A stretch of DNA of 64,000 nt from Mobula birostris (GCF_030028105.1 NW_027274036.1:310001-374000); one strand, 5' to 3'. Shown: positions 1-12,936, counted from the stretch's first letter. Notes: a model not told the origin generated them from the letters alone. Numbers and translations: made by a program.

Positions 1-371
1 TTGCATTCTCCTGATAGCCTACTCTTGCTCCAACAACTCAAATGATCCCTGTAGCTGCCCTCTAGTTCAATATTCCTCCCAATCTTTGCAATTTCACCAT
101 AACTTGGCTAGAAAGTGCAAATAGTGACACAAAATTCAGTGATTTTGGGTTCAGGGAACCTTTGAGATGATGTGGATCTCCCAAGAGGTGGCAACAATGC
201 TGTATATGTGGAAAAATTTGAGGTTACTAATTAAGTAGAAGGAGCAGAAATTTTGACTACTTTTTAAATGACATGTCAGGAAATGTCACGTTGAATGTGA
301 ATGAAAAGAATTCCAGGAGGTATATTTTGCTGACATTAAATGTACCTATTGAACATAGGTATAATAGACTC

Positions 372-712
372 ATATAGGACCACAGCAGAGAAACAGGCCT
401 TTCAGCCCATTTAATCTGTGCCAATTTGTTATTCTACCTCATCCCTTTGCCCTGTACCTGGACCATAGTGTTCCATACCCCTCACAGCCATGTAACTATA
501 CAAACTTAAAAGCTGCAATCAAACCCATATCTAGCAGTTGTGCTGGCAGTTCATTGCACACTTACACCATCCTCTGAGAGACGTACACCCTCAGATTGCC
601 TTAAGTATTTCACCCTCCATCCAAAACCTTGAGTGTCAGTGGGAAAAGTCTGCTTGCAATTCCTCTTACTGTATCCCTCATAATTTTGCACACCTCTAAA
701 AATCTTATTCAA
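372..712 (-). mobile_element. CR1-type LINE 3' end fragment
   Basis: Reverse complement resembles the 3' ORF2/3'UTR of the plus-strand CR1 copies in this window (e.g. aaacaggcctttcagccc; ccctcataattttgcacacctct). Boundaries approximate. Confidence 0.55.
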
Positions 713-729
713 GAAATCTTATTCTATCT

Positions 730-2105
730 TATTCAAGAAAAGGAGTAGAGATAGCCCAGGAAATTATAGACCAGTGAGTCTTATTTAGTGGTTGGTAATT
801 TGATGGAGAAGCTCCTGAGGGGCAGGATTTACGAACATTTGGAGAGGTATAATATAATTAGGAATAGTCAGCATGGTTTTGTCAAAGGCAGGTCATGCCT
901 TACGAGCCTGATTGAATTTTTTGAGCACGTGACTAAACACATTGATGAAAGTAGAGTATATGGATTTCAGCAAGGCATTTGATAAGGTACACCATGCAAG
1001 GCTTATTGAGGAAGTAAGGAGGCATGGGATCCAAAGGGACATTGCTTTGTCGATACAGAACTGGCTTGCCCACAGAAGGCAAAGAGTGGTTGTAGATGGG
1101 TCATATTCTGCATGGAGGTCGGTCACCAGTGGAGTGCCTCAGAGATCTGTTTTGGGACCCTTACTCTTCATGATTTTTATAAATGACTTGGATGAGGAAG
1201 TGGAGAGATGGGTTTGCTGATGACACAAAGGTTGGGGGTGTTGTGGATAGTGTGGAGGGCTGTCAGAGGTTGCAAAGGGACATTGATAGGATGCAAAACT
1301 GGGCTGAGAAGTGGCAGATGGAGTTCAGCCCAGATAAGTGTGAAGTGGTTCATTTTGGTAGGTCAAATGTGATGGCAGGGTATAGCATTAATGGTAAGAC
1401 TCTTGGCAGTGTGGAGGATCAGAGGGATCTTGGGGTCCGAGTCCATAGGACGCTCAAAGCAGCTGCGCAGGTTGATTCTGTGGTTAAGAAGGCATACAGT
1501 GTATTGGCCTTCATCAATTGTGGAACTGAATTTAGAAGCCGAAAGGTAATGTTGCAGCTATACAGGACCCTGGTCAGACCGCACTTGGAGTACTGTGCTC
1601 AATTCTGGTTGTCTCACTACAGGAAGGATGTGGAAGCCGTAGAAAGGGTGCAGAGGAGACTTACAAGGATGTTGCCTGGATTGGGGAGTATGCATTATGA
1701 GAATAGGTTGAGTGAACTCGGCCTTTTCTCCTTGGAGCGACGGAGGATGAGAGGTGACCTGATAGAGGTGTAAAAGATGATGATTGTGTGGATAGTCAGA
1801 GGTTTTTCCCTAGGGTTGCCACAAGAGGACACAGGTTTAGGGTGCTGGGGGGTAGGTACAGAGGAGATGTCAGGGGTAAGTTTTTACTCAGAGAGTGGTG
1901 AGTGCGTAGAAAGGGCTGCCGGCAACGGCAGTGGAGTTGGATACAATAGGGTCTTTTAAAAGACTTTTGGATACGAACATGGAGCTTGGAAAAATAGAGG
2001 GCCATAGGTAAGTCTAGTAATTTCTAAGGTAGGGACATGTTCGGCACAACTTTGTGGGCTGAAGGGCCTGTATTGTGCTGTAGGTTTTCTATATTTCTAT
2101 GTTTA
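730..2105 (+). mobile_element. 5'-truncated CR1-type LINE, RT and C-terminal domain, frameshifted
   Basis: Fragments read [60 protein letters not shown]. Ends in (ttctat)-like tail repeats near 2085-2105. Confidence 0.9.
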
Positions 2106-2330
2106 AATTTCCCCTCATTCCCCCACGCTCCAGGGAATAAAGTTCTAACATTTAAACTTTCTCTAACTCATGTCCCCAAGGTTCTGGCAAATTCTCATAA
2201 ATTGTCTCTCCACTCTTTATCTTTCCTGTAGGTAGGTGACCAGAACTGCATATCATATTCCAAATTTGGCCTCACCAATATTGTACATAACTTCAACATA
2301 ACATCCCCAATCCTGCACTCGGTGCTCTGA
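2105..2330 (-). mobile_element. CR1-type LINE fragment
   Basis: Minus ORF 2195-2431 contains VMLKLCTILVRPNLEYDMQFWSPTYRKD, the CR1 ORF2 C-terminal motif. Confidence 0.65.
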
Positions 2331-2439
2331 AAGAGACAGGTATCTGAACCATTATTAACCCCTCCTTCCACATCTAATACTATTTTCCATCTCACATTCA
2401 CGCTCACTCCCCATCTTTTGTTGCCTGCCACCCAACTCC

Positions 2440-2590
2440 AATTTACAGCAGTCAGTTAGCCCATCAACCTGCCTTTCTTTGTGATATGGTAGGAAACGGA
2501 AGTAAACTCCACATGCAGAGTGTTGAAGGTCAGGGTAGGGTTGAACTGAGTCTCTGGAACTGTGAGGCAGCAGTGCTAACTGCTGTGCCA
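2440..2590 (-). mobile_element. tRNA-derived SINE (degenerate)
   Basis: Minus strand begins gtggcacagcagttagcactgctgcctcacag...cagttcaaccc, an A-box/B-box-like Pol III head. It does not fold as a complete tRNA. Confidence 0.5.
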
Positions 2591-2769
2591 CAGGAAATTT
2601 AAGAGGGGAAATCTGATTGTGGGGAACATATTAATGAACCTGGCATGTAGCCACAGAAATTTTTCTGTTAAAGAGATCTTTTCCTGCTCTGCTCCCTTGT
2701 GACTTGAGTACAAAGTTTGGCTGAGCTGTACTCTGCAGTTTGCTACTATGTTTGAGGATTTATAAAATC

Positions 2770-4645
2770 TGTGAGGGAGCACTTTGAAGATCTTCTAAAT
2801 CAAACTGTCTCATTTGACAGGAATGTGATTAATGACATTCCAAAGCATCCCGTTGACGACTCCCTAAGCAAAATACCAACACTTGAAGAAGTCAAGGAAG
2901 CCATCAAAACCTTGAAAAACAACAAGGCCACTGGACTTGATGGAATACCAGCCGAGGTATACAAAATTGGAGGTAACCCGCTTCGTTACCAACTGCATCA
3001 ACTTCTCATCAAGATCTGGATAAATGAAGGCGTACTAGCAAACCTTAGAGACTTAGCAATCGTTACCATCTACAAAAGGAAAGGCGATTGTTCCGAATAC
3101 GGAAACTATCGTGGAATTTCCCTGTGAGCAACAGCAGGAAGATCCTCACCGCATCGTGAACAACCGGTTCAAGCTGAGAAGATCCTTCCGGAGACACACA
3201 CGGTTTTACACCATCATGTGGAGCAATCGACATGATCTTCACAATGGGACAACTACAAGAAAAATGTCATGAACAACTTCAACCTTTGTACATGGTATTG
3301 ATTGACCTCACCAAAGCCTTTGACTCGGTATCATGGGAACTCCTATGGATGCCCTGAAAAGTACATTTGAATCCTGAGACTCCTCCACGATGGCATGCTT
3401 GCCACAGTCATGGTCAGTAACAGTAGCTGTGAGCGTTTTCAAGTTAGATTAGGAGTAAAACAGGGATGTGTGATTGCCCCAACTTTGTTCACCATCGTCA
3501 TTGCGACAATCATCCACATCATCAAGGATGACCTACCTCCAGGAATCAAAATTGTCTACAGAACAGACGGCAGACTTTTCAATCTTGCTCATCTCAAGTC
3601 CAAAACAAAGACATCCACAAGTTCCCTCATCGAGTTCCAATATGCAGATGACAACAGTGTTGCAGGTCTCTCAGAAAACCACCTACAACAGATTCTGACT
3701 GCCTTCAACCATGCATACACGAAACTTGGACTTACCATCAATTCCAAGAAGACTCAGATCATCTATCAACCGTCACCAACTGAGACAAATCGGATAGAAT
3801 CATCAATTCAACTTGGCGAAATAACCCTGGAAAACGTGGACCACTTTCCGTATCTTGGAAGTCACCTCTCCTCCAATGTGGACATTAATGACGAGATCCA
3901 ACATCATCTTAAATGCGCTGGAACAGCTTTTGGACGTCTCCGAACAAGAGTCTTTCATGATCGTGACATCCGAATAGACACCAAAATGTTAGTGTACAAA
4001 GCAGTGGTAATCCCAACACTCCTGTATGCATCAGAAACCTGGACAACATACCGACAACATCTAAAGGCACTTGAAAAGTTCCATCAATGCTGTCTTCGAA
4101 ACATCTTAAGTATCAGCTGGGAAGCTAGAAGAACCAACGTCAGCGTGCTAAATGAAGCAAAAACAACAAGCATTGAAGCCTACGTCATCAAGAACCAACT
4201 AAGATGGAGCGGTCATGTTGTTCAGATGAAAGACGAACGTCTGCCGAAACAAATCTTCTACTCCCAGCTTAAGGAAGGCAAACATAAAAGAGGCGGACAA
4301 CAGAAGAGATTCAAAGATGTTTTAAAAGCCAATATGAAGAAATTTAACATCGACATCAACAATTGGGAAACCAATGCCAAGGACAGGAAACTCTGGCTAG
4401 CCATCAACCGAGAAGGAACAGCAACTTTCGAAGCCAACAGATGTGCAGAATTAGAAGAAAAGAGAAGCAAATGGAAAGAGAGGCAGCAACAACCAAAGCC
4501 CAATCTGCCATCTGGAACTACCTGCCTGAATGCAGAAGAACCTTCAAAGCCAAGATTGGACTCATAAGCCACTTGAGAGCCCATAAGTAGATCAACAAAA
4601 TGAAGACCACCATCCTCAACCTCAAGGGATAACCACGATGATGAT
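2770..4645 (+). mobile_element. 5'-truncated RTE-clade LINE
   Basis: GLDGIPAEVYK, GNYRGISL, GVKQGCVIAPTLF, QYADD, FPYLGS in the ORF fragments, including an open 390-aa ORF at 3395-4567. C-terminal ECRRTFKAKIGLISHLRAH in a shifted frame, then a (gat)n tail near 4637-4645. Confidence 0.88.
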
Positions 4646-4699
4646 TGTGTCGCACCAAGAGACCTGATTCTCCAGAAAGGAGATGCATTCGAATGCAGA

Positions 4700-5510
4700 T
4701 CAGACTACAGAGAAGCTCACCACTGTCTGGCATGGCTTGGGTCTTTCTGACTACATCCTCCCTGTGCCTGAAGAGCTGCTCTCCTGGCACCTATACCTGC
4801 AAGCATTTCAAGAGCTACATCTGCCCCTACACCTCCTCCCTCAACACCATTCAAAGGCACAAACTGTCCTTCTAGGTGAGGTGACACTTCACCTGTGAGT
4901 CTGTCAGGGACTTCAATTATATCCGATGCTCCCAGTGCAGCCTCCTCTACATAGGACACAGATTGACTGGGGTGGGGGAGCTACTTCATCAAGCACCTTT
5001 CACTCTCTTCCAAAATAGAGGATCTCCCAGTGGTCACCCATTTCAATTCACCTTTCCTTTCCTTTCTGACATGTTGGTCCATGGCCTTCTCTATGGCCAT
5101 GATGAGGCCAAACTCAGGCTGCAACAGCAATACCTCATATTCTGTCTGGGTATGTGATGGTATGAACATTGAATTCTCTAACTTATTGTAATTTCTCCCC
5201 CCCCACCCCCACTTTCTTTCTTCCATTCCCCATTCTGGTTCCCCCTCCTCACCCACCCATCACTTCCCTCTGGTTCCCCTGCTGTTTCCTTTTCTCCTAT
5301 GGTCCAGTCTACTCTCCTAACAGATTCTTTCTTTTTCAGCCCTTTATCTCTTCCACCTGTCACCTGCCAGCTTCTCACTTTATCGCCTGTCCCCACCCAC
5401 TCACCTAACACCTGCCAACTTCTTCCACACCACCCTCCTTCTTACTCTGGCTTCTGCATCCTTCCTTTCTGGGCTTCTTGATCTGAGTCGTTAACTGTTT
5501 ATTCTCCATA
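4700..5510 (+). mobile_element. Penelope-like element, GIY-YIG end, degenerate
   Basis: Reads PGTYTCK..YICPYTSSL...IRCSQCSLLYIG and HGLLYGHDEAKLRLQQQYLIFCLG, homologous to 6497-6810, followed by the pyrimidine-rich PLE terminal region. Confidence 0.75.
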
Positions 5511-6190
5511 TGGGGGTGGTGAGGGGAGAGTGATGTTGGAGATAGGTGTTCTTTACATTGAAAGTGGTGAGTGCGTGGAACACTGCCAGGGATGGTGGTA
5601 GAGGTGGTAGGAAGATGTAAGAGAATCTCCCGTGGGCCCATGGACCCTCAGATATCAAATGGGAGAACTGCTACCTCACAGCTGCAGTGACCTTGTTGGT
5701 TTTCACAAATAAAACAAAGTGAGGTGTTTTGTGTTTAATGAAACCCTTAACACATTTTATTGAACTCCAAAACCTAAATACAAAAGCACGCTGAAAACCT
5801 TTAGATAATAATGTCATCACATCAGATCAGCCTCTTAAAGTGAAACCCCAACTCCAAGCCAGCGCAGACATCCCACCCTGCAAAAACTCATTTCAGGGAG
5901 GTCTCAACCTCATAGCAGTCTGTGTCAATGAATTTGTTAATTTTGCAAGACATCAGATTCACAGAGACAGCTGACTTCTGAATTCCGTCTTAATGTGCCG
6001 TGTTCACAATAGCGGCTGTCTTGCTGATGAGCAGGCAGAGTTTCTGAATCAGGAAACATTTTCCTGAATAGCTTGCCTGTGTGCTTACACACCTGGAATG
6101 GCAGGTTATGCTCAACGATGAAAGATGTAAGCAACACTCACTACACGCTGGAGGAACTCAGCAGGTCGGGCAGCATCCGTGGAAAAGATC

Positions 6191-6226
6191 AGTCGACATT
6201 TTGGGCCGGAACTCTTCATCAGGACT
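6191..6226 (-). ncRNA. Degenerate hammerhead ribozyme motif (G12>A)
   Basis: Minus strand AGTC CTGATGA AGAG ttccgg CCC AAAA TGTC GACT. Core GAAA is mutated to AAAA. Confidence 0.45.
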
Positions 6227-7060
6227 GTAGAGGGAAGGGGCAGAGGCCCTATAAAGAAGGTGGGGGGAGGGTGGGAAGGAGAAGGCTGGTAGGTTCCAGG
6301 TGAAAAACCAGTAAGGGGAAAGATAAAGGGAGGCAGGGAGGTGATAAGCAGAAAAGGTGAAGAAAGAATAGGGGAAAACACAATGGGTAGTAGAAGGAGG
6401 CAGAACAACACTTCACTTGTGAGTCTGTTGGGGTCATCTATTGCTCTCTTGCCACCATCCAGGGCCCCAAATAGTCCTTCCAAGTGAGGCAACACCTCAC
6501 TTGTTAGTCTGTGGGGGTCATCTATTGCATCCGGTGCTCCTGGTGCGGTCTCCTCTACATTGGTGAACCCCGACGCAGATTAGGGGACTGCTTCGTCAGG
6601 CACCTCTGCTCCATCCGCCTAAACAGACAGGATCTCCCAGTAGCCACCCACTTCAACTCTGCTTCCCACTCCCATTCAGATATGTCCATACATGGCCTTC
6701 TCTACTGCCATGATGAGGCTAAACTCAGGTTGGAGGAGCAACACCTCATATACCGTCTCGGTAGTCTCCAGCCCCTTGGCATGAACATAGATTTCTCCAA
6801 CTTCCGGTAATTCCCTCCCCCTCCCTTCCTCTATCCCTATGTCACTCTGCCCTCTCCTCCAGCTGCCTATCACCTCCCTCATGGTTCCTCCTACTTCTAC
6901 TACCCATTGTGTTTTCCCCTATTCTTTCTTCACCTTTCCTGCCTCCCCTCCCTCACCCCCTTATCTTTCCCCTTACTGGTTTTTCACCTGGAACCTACCA
7001 GCCTTCTCCTTCCCACCCTCCCCCCACCTTCTTTATAGGGCCTCTGCCCCCTCCCCCTTC

Positions 7061-7096
7061 AGTCCTGACAAAGGGTTCCGGCCCGAAACGTCGACT
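7061..7096 (+). ncRNA. Degenerate hammerhead ribozyme motif (G8>A)
   Basis: AGTC CTGACAA AGGG ttccgg CCC GAAA CGTC GACT. CUGANGA is mutated to CUGACAA. Confidence 0.5.
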
Positions 7097-8929
7097 GATT
7101 TTTTTCCATGGATGCTGCCCGACCTACTGAGTTCCTCCAGCGTGTGTGAGTGTTGCTTTGACCCCAGCATCTGCAGATTATTTTGTGTTTTTAATGAAAG
7201 ATGTAAAGTACACCTCAGCTCCAGTGACCTTCTCTGTCAGACTTTGGTTTTCTGCTGAATAGAACTGTGAAATACTTGAGCAGCCTTCCCTGCGCTTAGC
7301 CTCTCTAATATGTTGCGGTCCCTAAAAGAAATAAAAACATAAGGTGTATCCTTATTACAGGTGTGTGCCGCTTAACGTCCATTCAGACAACGTCCGATCG
7401 CATATATGTCGGTAGTCACTCACACGCATTGCCTGCAATAGTCGGGATCAGAACTTTTTACATGGAAATGGGGGATTTTAAATGAGTGGTTTAGAAGTTC
7501 TGTATCTTCAAGCTCAAGTTTATTGTCATCGGGCTGATTGTCCACAAACGCAACAACCTCTGTCCGGACCACGGTGTAGCCACAATGCATATATCACGCA
7601 CACCACATAAAACAATATATTACCATATTATTTAATAAAGTGTAATTCAAAATGCATATAAAGAGCGCAGCACAGGTAAACAGTTGGCTGTCCTAATGAC
7701 GAGACCTCGGTGGGGGCTGGGTTTTTATTAAAATCAGTTTTTCTTCTGAAAACGGCTGCGCTTAAACCCAGCCCATCGCGGGCTTTGATGTACCTGTAAG
7801 TGGAAGTGTTTCAGGGAAAAAAAAACCCCGAAGAATTTGCTCGCTGCGAGCGCGTTTTTGAAGATGACTGCGGACGATTTTGGAATGTCGCTCCAATTTA
7901 AACCTCGCTCTAATCCCCTTTAAATCGACTGTAAAGCCCGCCCACAGAGAAAACTGATAGGTATACTTAGCACAAAGAGAGTCCAATCAGGATGCTCCCC
8001 CTCCCCCTCCTCCTCTCCCCTCCCCCTCTCCCCCCTCTCTCCCTCTCTCCCTCTCTCTCTTCCCCTACTCGCTTTAAAAAAAAATTGATTTCCGTGATAT
8101 TGTATATAATTTGCGGACGTCAGGGAGCCACTGTCGAAATGCGGGAGACTCCCGGAACTTCCGGGAGAGGTGGTATGTCTGCCTGGAGCTCAGATGAGCC
8201 ACCCAAATTCGGTCCTGTGTTTTGTTGTTGCGTAAATGAAGTCACCAGAGAAAAGTACTGGTAGACATGAAGTAGCCTCCCGTATTTGAGAAAACAAGGA
8301 GTTGCTTTCAGTACAAAGGTCTGCCTATGCCCAGCACTACACACATTTCATGTGCTAAAGATCAAAGAAAAATCAAAATGATTTAAACGAATTCAGATTT
8401 ACAATCATGCCACCACCACACCCAAAATGAGTGTTAATCACTGTCACATCTATGTAATGGAATGTTAATTGGAATCATCATACAATCAGCTAAATTCCTG
8501 TTTCCTGGTCTGCCTGGTCTGTGAACTTATTGTTCAGAGCTGCTTTAAAATTAAATCCACAATCCATATTCAGACGTGAAGACTGGTGGCTGAAGTCATT
8601 TGCTAAATGCTAAGTGCTACACCCAAAGTTCACTTGGCCCTCCTGGAGAAAGATAAATTTCTATCAGGAAAAGGCCAACCTTAAGGAGGATCTATTCTAA
8701 TAGGGCAGCAGAAATGGCTTGCCTCGGAATTCCCTCCCCCTCCCAATTATTTTATGTGCCTCTACATCTACCCTATCATCCCTAATTACTATCCACAAAA
8801 TGCCAAGCACAGAAATTTGAACAGCAGTCTTTAGAAATGTAACTTTGTTCGTATGGCGGTAGCTCTTTCCCTGCTGGCCGATCGCAGCTCAGTCACATTC
8901 CTCGTCTTCACCCCTTCATTCTCTGGCAG

Positions 8930-8959
8930 CTAAGACTTTCTTTTCAAGGCGCAAGCGAG
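8930..8959 (+). other. Candidate 30-nt micro-exon of an unidentified plus-strand gene
   Basis: Polypyrimidine acceptor ctcgtcttcaccccttcattctctggcag, then 30 nt, then the perfect donor GAG|GTAAGT. Lies in non-repetitive-looking sequence. Confidence 0.3.
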
Positions 8960-8999
8960 GTAAGTGCATCAGGCTTGCATCCCTCTCATCAATGTAAAG

Positions 9000-9800
9000 G
9001 TTTCAATCAACAGATACATTTAATGTCAGAGAAATGTATACGATATTCATCCTGAAATTGTTTTTCTTTGCAAACATCCACAAAAGCAGAGGAGTGCCCC
9101 CAAAGAATGAATGATAGTTAAATGTTTGAACCCCAAAGCACCCCCAGCTGCCCCCTCTCATGCATAAGTAGTAGCAAAGTGACGACCCCTCATTCCCCAC
9201 CAGCAAAAAAGCATCGGCACCCCCCACCCCCACTGAGCACTCAAATGTGCAGCAAAGCATCAATAAAGACACAGACCTGCAGCACCCCAAAGACTACTCG
9301 CTCACCTGGTCATTCGATATACCACAAGGTCACTCTCTCCCTAACAGGGGAAAAAGAGGTGTCCCGTTTCACAGCGAGAGGGGAGACATAACGAAACAAC
9401 TTGCCGATTTATGGTGTTAAAAGTCTATTGCATCGCTTTTTCCAGGCTCTGGGCACAAAGACCTCAGGTCTCTGGGCACACAGCCAGCAGCCAGCTCACT
9501 GCTTTCAGTCTTCTGTGTACTCCCACGACACACCAGTTTTATGTGGCAGCCTTCCAGGCCGCATCCTAGGCACATCGAAAAGCAGCCAGTCCTGAGGCCC
9601 TGAGAACGGGTCCCATTTCTGCAAAGAACCAAAGTCATCATGTAACTCCAGGTCAGGATATTCAAAAGAACCCTGAAAAGAAAAAGAAAAGGAGATATTA
9701 AAGATGGAAATAGAGCTGTTTTCAAAGATGCAAGCAAAGGAGTTGCCGTTAGGTGCCATCGTCTTAAGCTCTCTAACTGAATGATTGCAGGACCTCTCTT
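9000..9800 (-). mobile_element. Interspersed repeat, probable LINE 3' region, family not assigned
   Basis: Its left end (acatttaatgtcag) is the reverse complement of ctgacattaaatgt seen at ~330-345. No protein motif recognised. Confidence 0.35.
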
Positions 9801-9814
9801 CAATAGATAACTCG

Positions 9815-12800
9815 GACCAATATCCTGGTGGGAAGGTTTAATAGGGCTGTCAGGGAAGGTTTAAACTAATTGGGCAGGGGGATGGGAACCGGAATGATAG
9901 AGCGGAGGAGGGGGAAAACAGAAACAAGTCTAAGATAGTGAGCAGTAAAGATGTCAGGAAGGACAGGCAGGGGATGAGGCAAATTTGTAGCCATTGGGAT
10001 GAGGTGCAGTGCAATAAAGTTGCAGTGCAATCAGAGTAAAAAGTACCAAATACTGCTCTTAAGGTGTTATACTTAAATGCACGCAGCATAAGGAATAAGG
10101 TGGATGATCTTGTTGTACAGCTACAGATTGGCAGGTGTGATCTTCTGGTCATCACTGAGACATGGCTAAAGGATGCATGTCTCTGGGAGCTGAACGTCCA
10201 AGGATACACGGTGTATCGGAAGGATAGGCAGGTAGGCAGAGGGGGTGGCATGGCTTTATTGGTAAGAAATGATATTAAATCATTAGAAAGAGGTGATATA
10301 GGATCGGAAGGTGCAGAGTCTTTATGGGTTGAGCTAAGAAATTGCAGGGGTAAAAGGACCCTGATGGCAGTTATATACAGGCCTCCAAACAGCTGCAGTG
10401 ATGTGGACTACAAATTACAACTGGAAATAGAAAAGGCTTGTCAGAAGGACAGTGTTATGATAATTGTGGGGGATTTTAACATGTGAGTGGATTGGGAAAA
10501 TCAGGTCGGCACTCGATCTCAAGAGAGAGAATTTGTAGAATGTCTTCCAGATGGCTTTTTAGAACAGCTTGTTGTTGAGCCCACTAGGGGATCGGCTGTA
10601 CTGGATTAGGTACTGTGTAATGAACCGGAGGTGATAAGAGAGATTGAGGTGAAGGAACCCTTAGGAGGCAGTGATCATAACATGATTGAGTTCACTGTGA
10701 AATTTGAGAATGAGAAGCCGAAATCCGATGTGTCGGTATTACAGGAAATTACAGTGGCATGAGAGAGGAACTGGTCAAAGTTGACTGGAAAGGGACACTG
10801 ACAGGAAAGACGGCAGAGCTGCAGTGGCTGGAGTTTATGTGAGAAGTGAGAAAGGTGCAAGACAGATATATTCCAAAAAAGAAGAAATTTTCTTATGGAA
10901 AAAGGATGCAACCGTGGCTGACAAGAGAAGTCAAAGCCAAAGTTAAAGCAAAGGAGAGGGCATACAAGGAAGCAAAAATTAGTGGGAAGACAGAGCAGAG
11001 GGAAGTTATGAAAAGCTTGCAAAAGGAAACTAAGAAGGTCATTAAGAGGGAAAAGATGAACTATGAAAGGAAGCTAGCAAATAATATCACCAGAGGATAC
11101 TAAAAGCTTTTTCAAGTATATAACGAGTAAAAGACAGGTGAGAGTAGATATAGGACCGATAGAAAATGATGCCGGAGAAATTGTAATGGGAGATAAGGAG
11201 ATGGCAGAGGAACTGAACGAGTATTTTGCATCAGTCTTCACTGAGGAAGACATCAGCAGTATACTGGACACTCAAGGGTGTCAGGGAAGAGAAGTGTGCA
11301 CAGTCACAATTATGACAGAGAAAGTACTCAGGAAGCTGAATAGCTTAAGGGTAGATAAATCTCCCGGACCAGATGGAATGCACCCTCGTGTTCTGAAGGA
11401 AGTAGCTCTGGAGATTGCGGAGGCATTAGCGATGATCTTTCAAAAGTCGATAGATTCTGGCATCGTTCTGGAGGACTGGAAGATTGCAAATGTCACTCCG
11501 TTATTTAAGAAGGGGGCAAGGAAGCAAAAAGGAAATTATAGACCTGTTAGCTTGACATTGGTGGTTGGGAAGTTGTTGGAGTCGATTGCCAAGGATGAGA
11601 TTATGGAGTACCTGGAGGCATATGACAAGATAGGCAGAACTCAGCATGGTTTCCTTAAAGGAAAACCCTGCCTAACAAACCTATTGCAATTTTTTGAAGA
11701 AATTACAAGTAGGTTAGACAAGGGAGATGCAGTGGATGTCGTGTATTTGGATTTTCAGAAGGCCTTTGACAAGGTGCCGCACATGAGGCTGCTAAACAAG
11801 ATAAGAGCCCATGGAATTACGGGAAAGTTACAAATGTGGATAGAGCGTTGGATGATTGGCAGGAAACAGAGAGTGGGAATAAAGGGATCCTATTCTGGTT
11901 GGCTGCCGGTTACCAGTGGTGTTCCACAGGGGTCCGTGTTGGGGCCGCTTCTTTTTACATTGTACATCAACGATTTGGATTATGGAATAGATGGCTTTGT
12001 GGCTAAGTTTGCTGACGATACGAAGATAGCTGGAGGGGCCAGTAGTGCTGAGGAAACGGAGAGTCTGCAGAGAGACTTGGATAGATTGGAATAATGGGCA
12101 GAGAAGTGGCAAATAAAATACAATGTTGGAAAGTGTATGGTTATGCACTTTGGTAGAAGAAATAAATGGGCAAACTATTATTTAAATGGGGAGAGAATGC
12201 AAAGTTCTGAGATGCAACTGGACTTGGGAGTCCTCGTACAGGATACCCTTAAGGTTAATCTTCAGGTTGAGTCGGTGGTGAAGAAGGCAAATGCAATGTT
12301 GGCATTCATTTCTAGAGGAATAGAGTATAGGAGCAGGGATGTGATGTTGAGGTTCTATAAGGCGCTGGTGAGACCTCACTTGGAGTACTGTGGGCAGTTT
12401 TGGTCTCCTTATTTAAGAAAGGATGTGCTGACGTGGGAGAGGGTTCAGAGAAAATTCACTAGAATGATTCCAGGAATGAGAGGGTTAACACATGATGAAC
12501 GTTTGACTGCTCTTGGACTGTATTCCTTGGAGTTTAGAAGAATGAGGGGGGACCTCATAGAAACATTTCGAATGTTGAAAGGCATGGACAGAGTGGATGT
12601 GGCAAAGTTGTTTCCCATAGTGGGGGAGTCTAGTACAAGAGAGCATGACTTAAAGATTGAAGGGCGCCCATTTAGAAAAGAGATGTGAAGAAATTTTTTT
12701 AGCCAGATGGTGGTGAATCTATGGAATTTGTTGCCACAGGCAGCAGTGGAGGCCAAGTCATTGGGTGTATTTAAGGCAGAGATTGGTAGGTATCTGAGTA

Positions 12801-12936
12801 GCCAGGGCACCAAAGGTTATGATGAGAAGGTGGGGGAGCGGGACTAAATAGGAGATTGGATCAGCTCATGATAGAATGGTGGAGCAGACTCGATGGGCCG
12901 AATGGCCAACTTCTGCTCCTTGTTCTTATGGTCTTA
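9815..12936 (+). mobile_element. CR1-type LINE, near-complete ORF2 with stop codons
   Basis: APE endonuclease LYLNARSIRNK, ITETW, IYRPPN, GDFN (10064-10486); RT 11138-12094 with FADDTK; C-terminal domain 12137-12688; 3' tail ttcttatggtctta. Confidence 0.92.

Larger units (their letters stand above)
6131..7193 (+). mobile_element. Penelope-like element with inverted terminal arm
   Basis: GIY-YIG endonuclease VIYCIRCSWCGLLYIGEPRRRLGDCFVRH (6511-6810). ~6131-6408 is an inverted copy of ~6890-7165. 13-bp direct repeat ATGAAAGATGTAA at 6118-6130 and 7194-7206. Confidence 0.85.
5865..8181 (-). mobile_element. hAT-like DNA transposon relic, interrupted by a PLE
   Basis: 13-bp terminal inverted repeat CAGACATCCCACC (5865) / GGTGGTATGTCTG (to 8181), one mismatch. 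Minus ORF 5937-6137 FIVEHNLPF..HTGKLFRKMFPDS resembles a hAT transposase segment. No 8-bp TSD found. Confidence 0.5.

Noticed and set aside
2440-2590. tRNA gene
   Set aside because: It has only A/B-box-like motifs followed by a SINE-type body, with no full cloverleaf.
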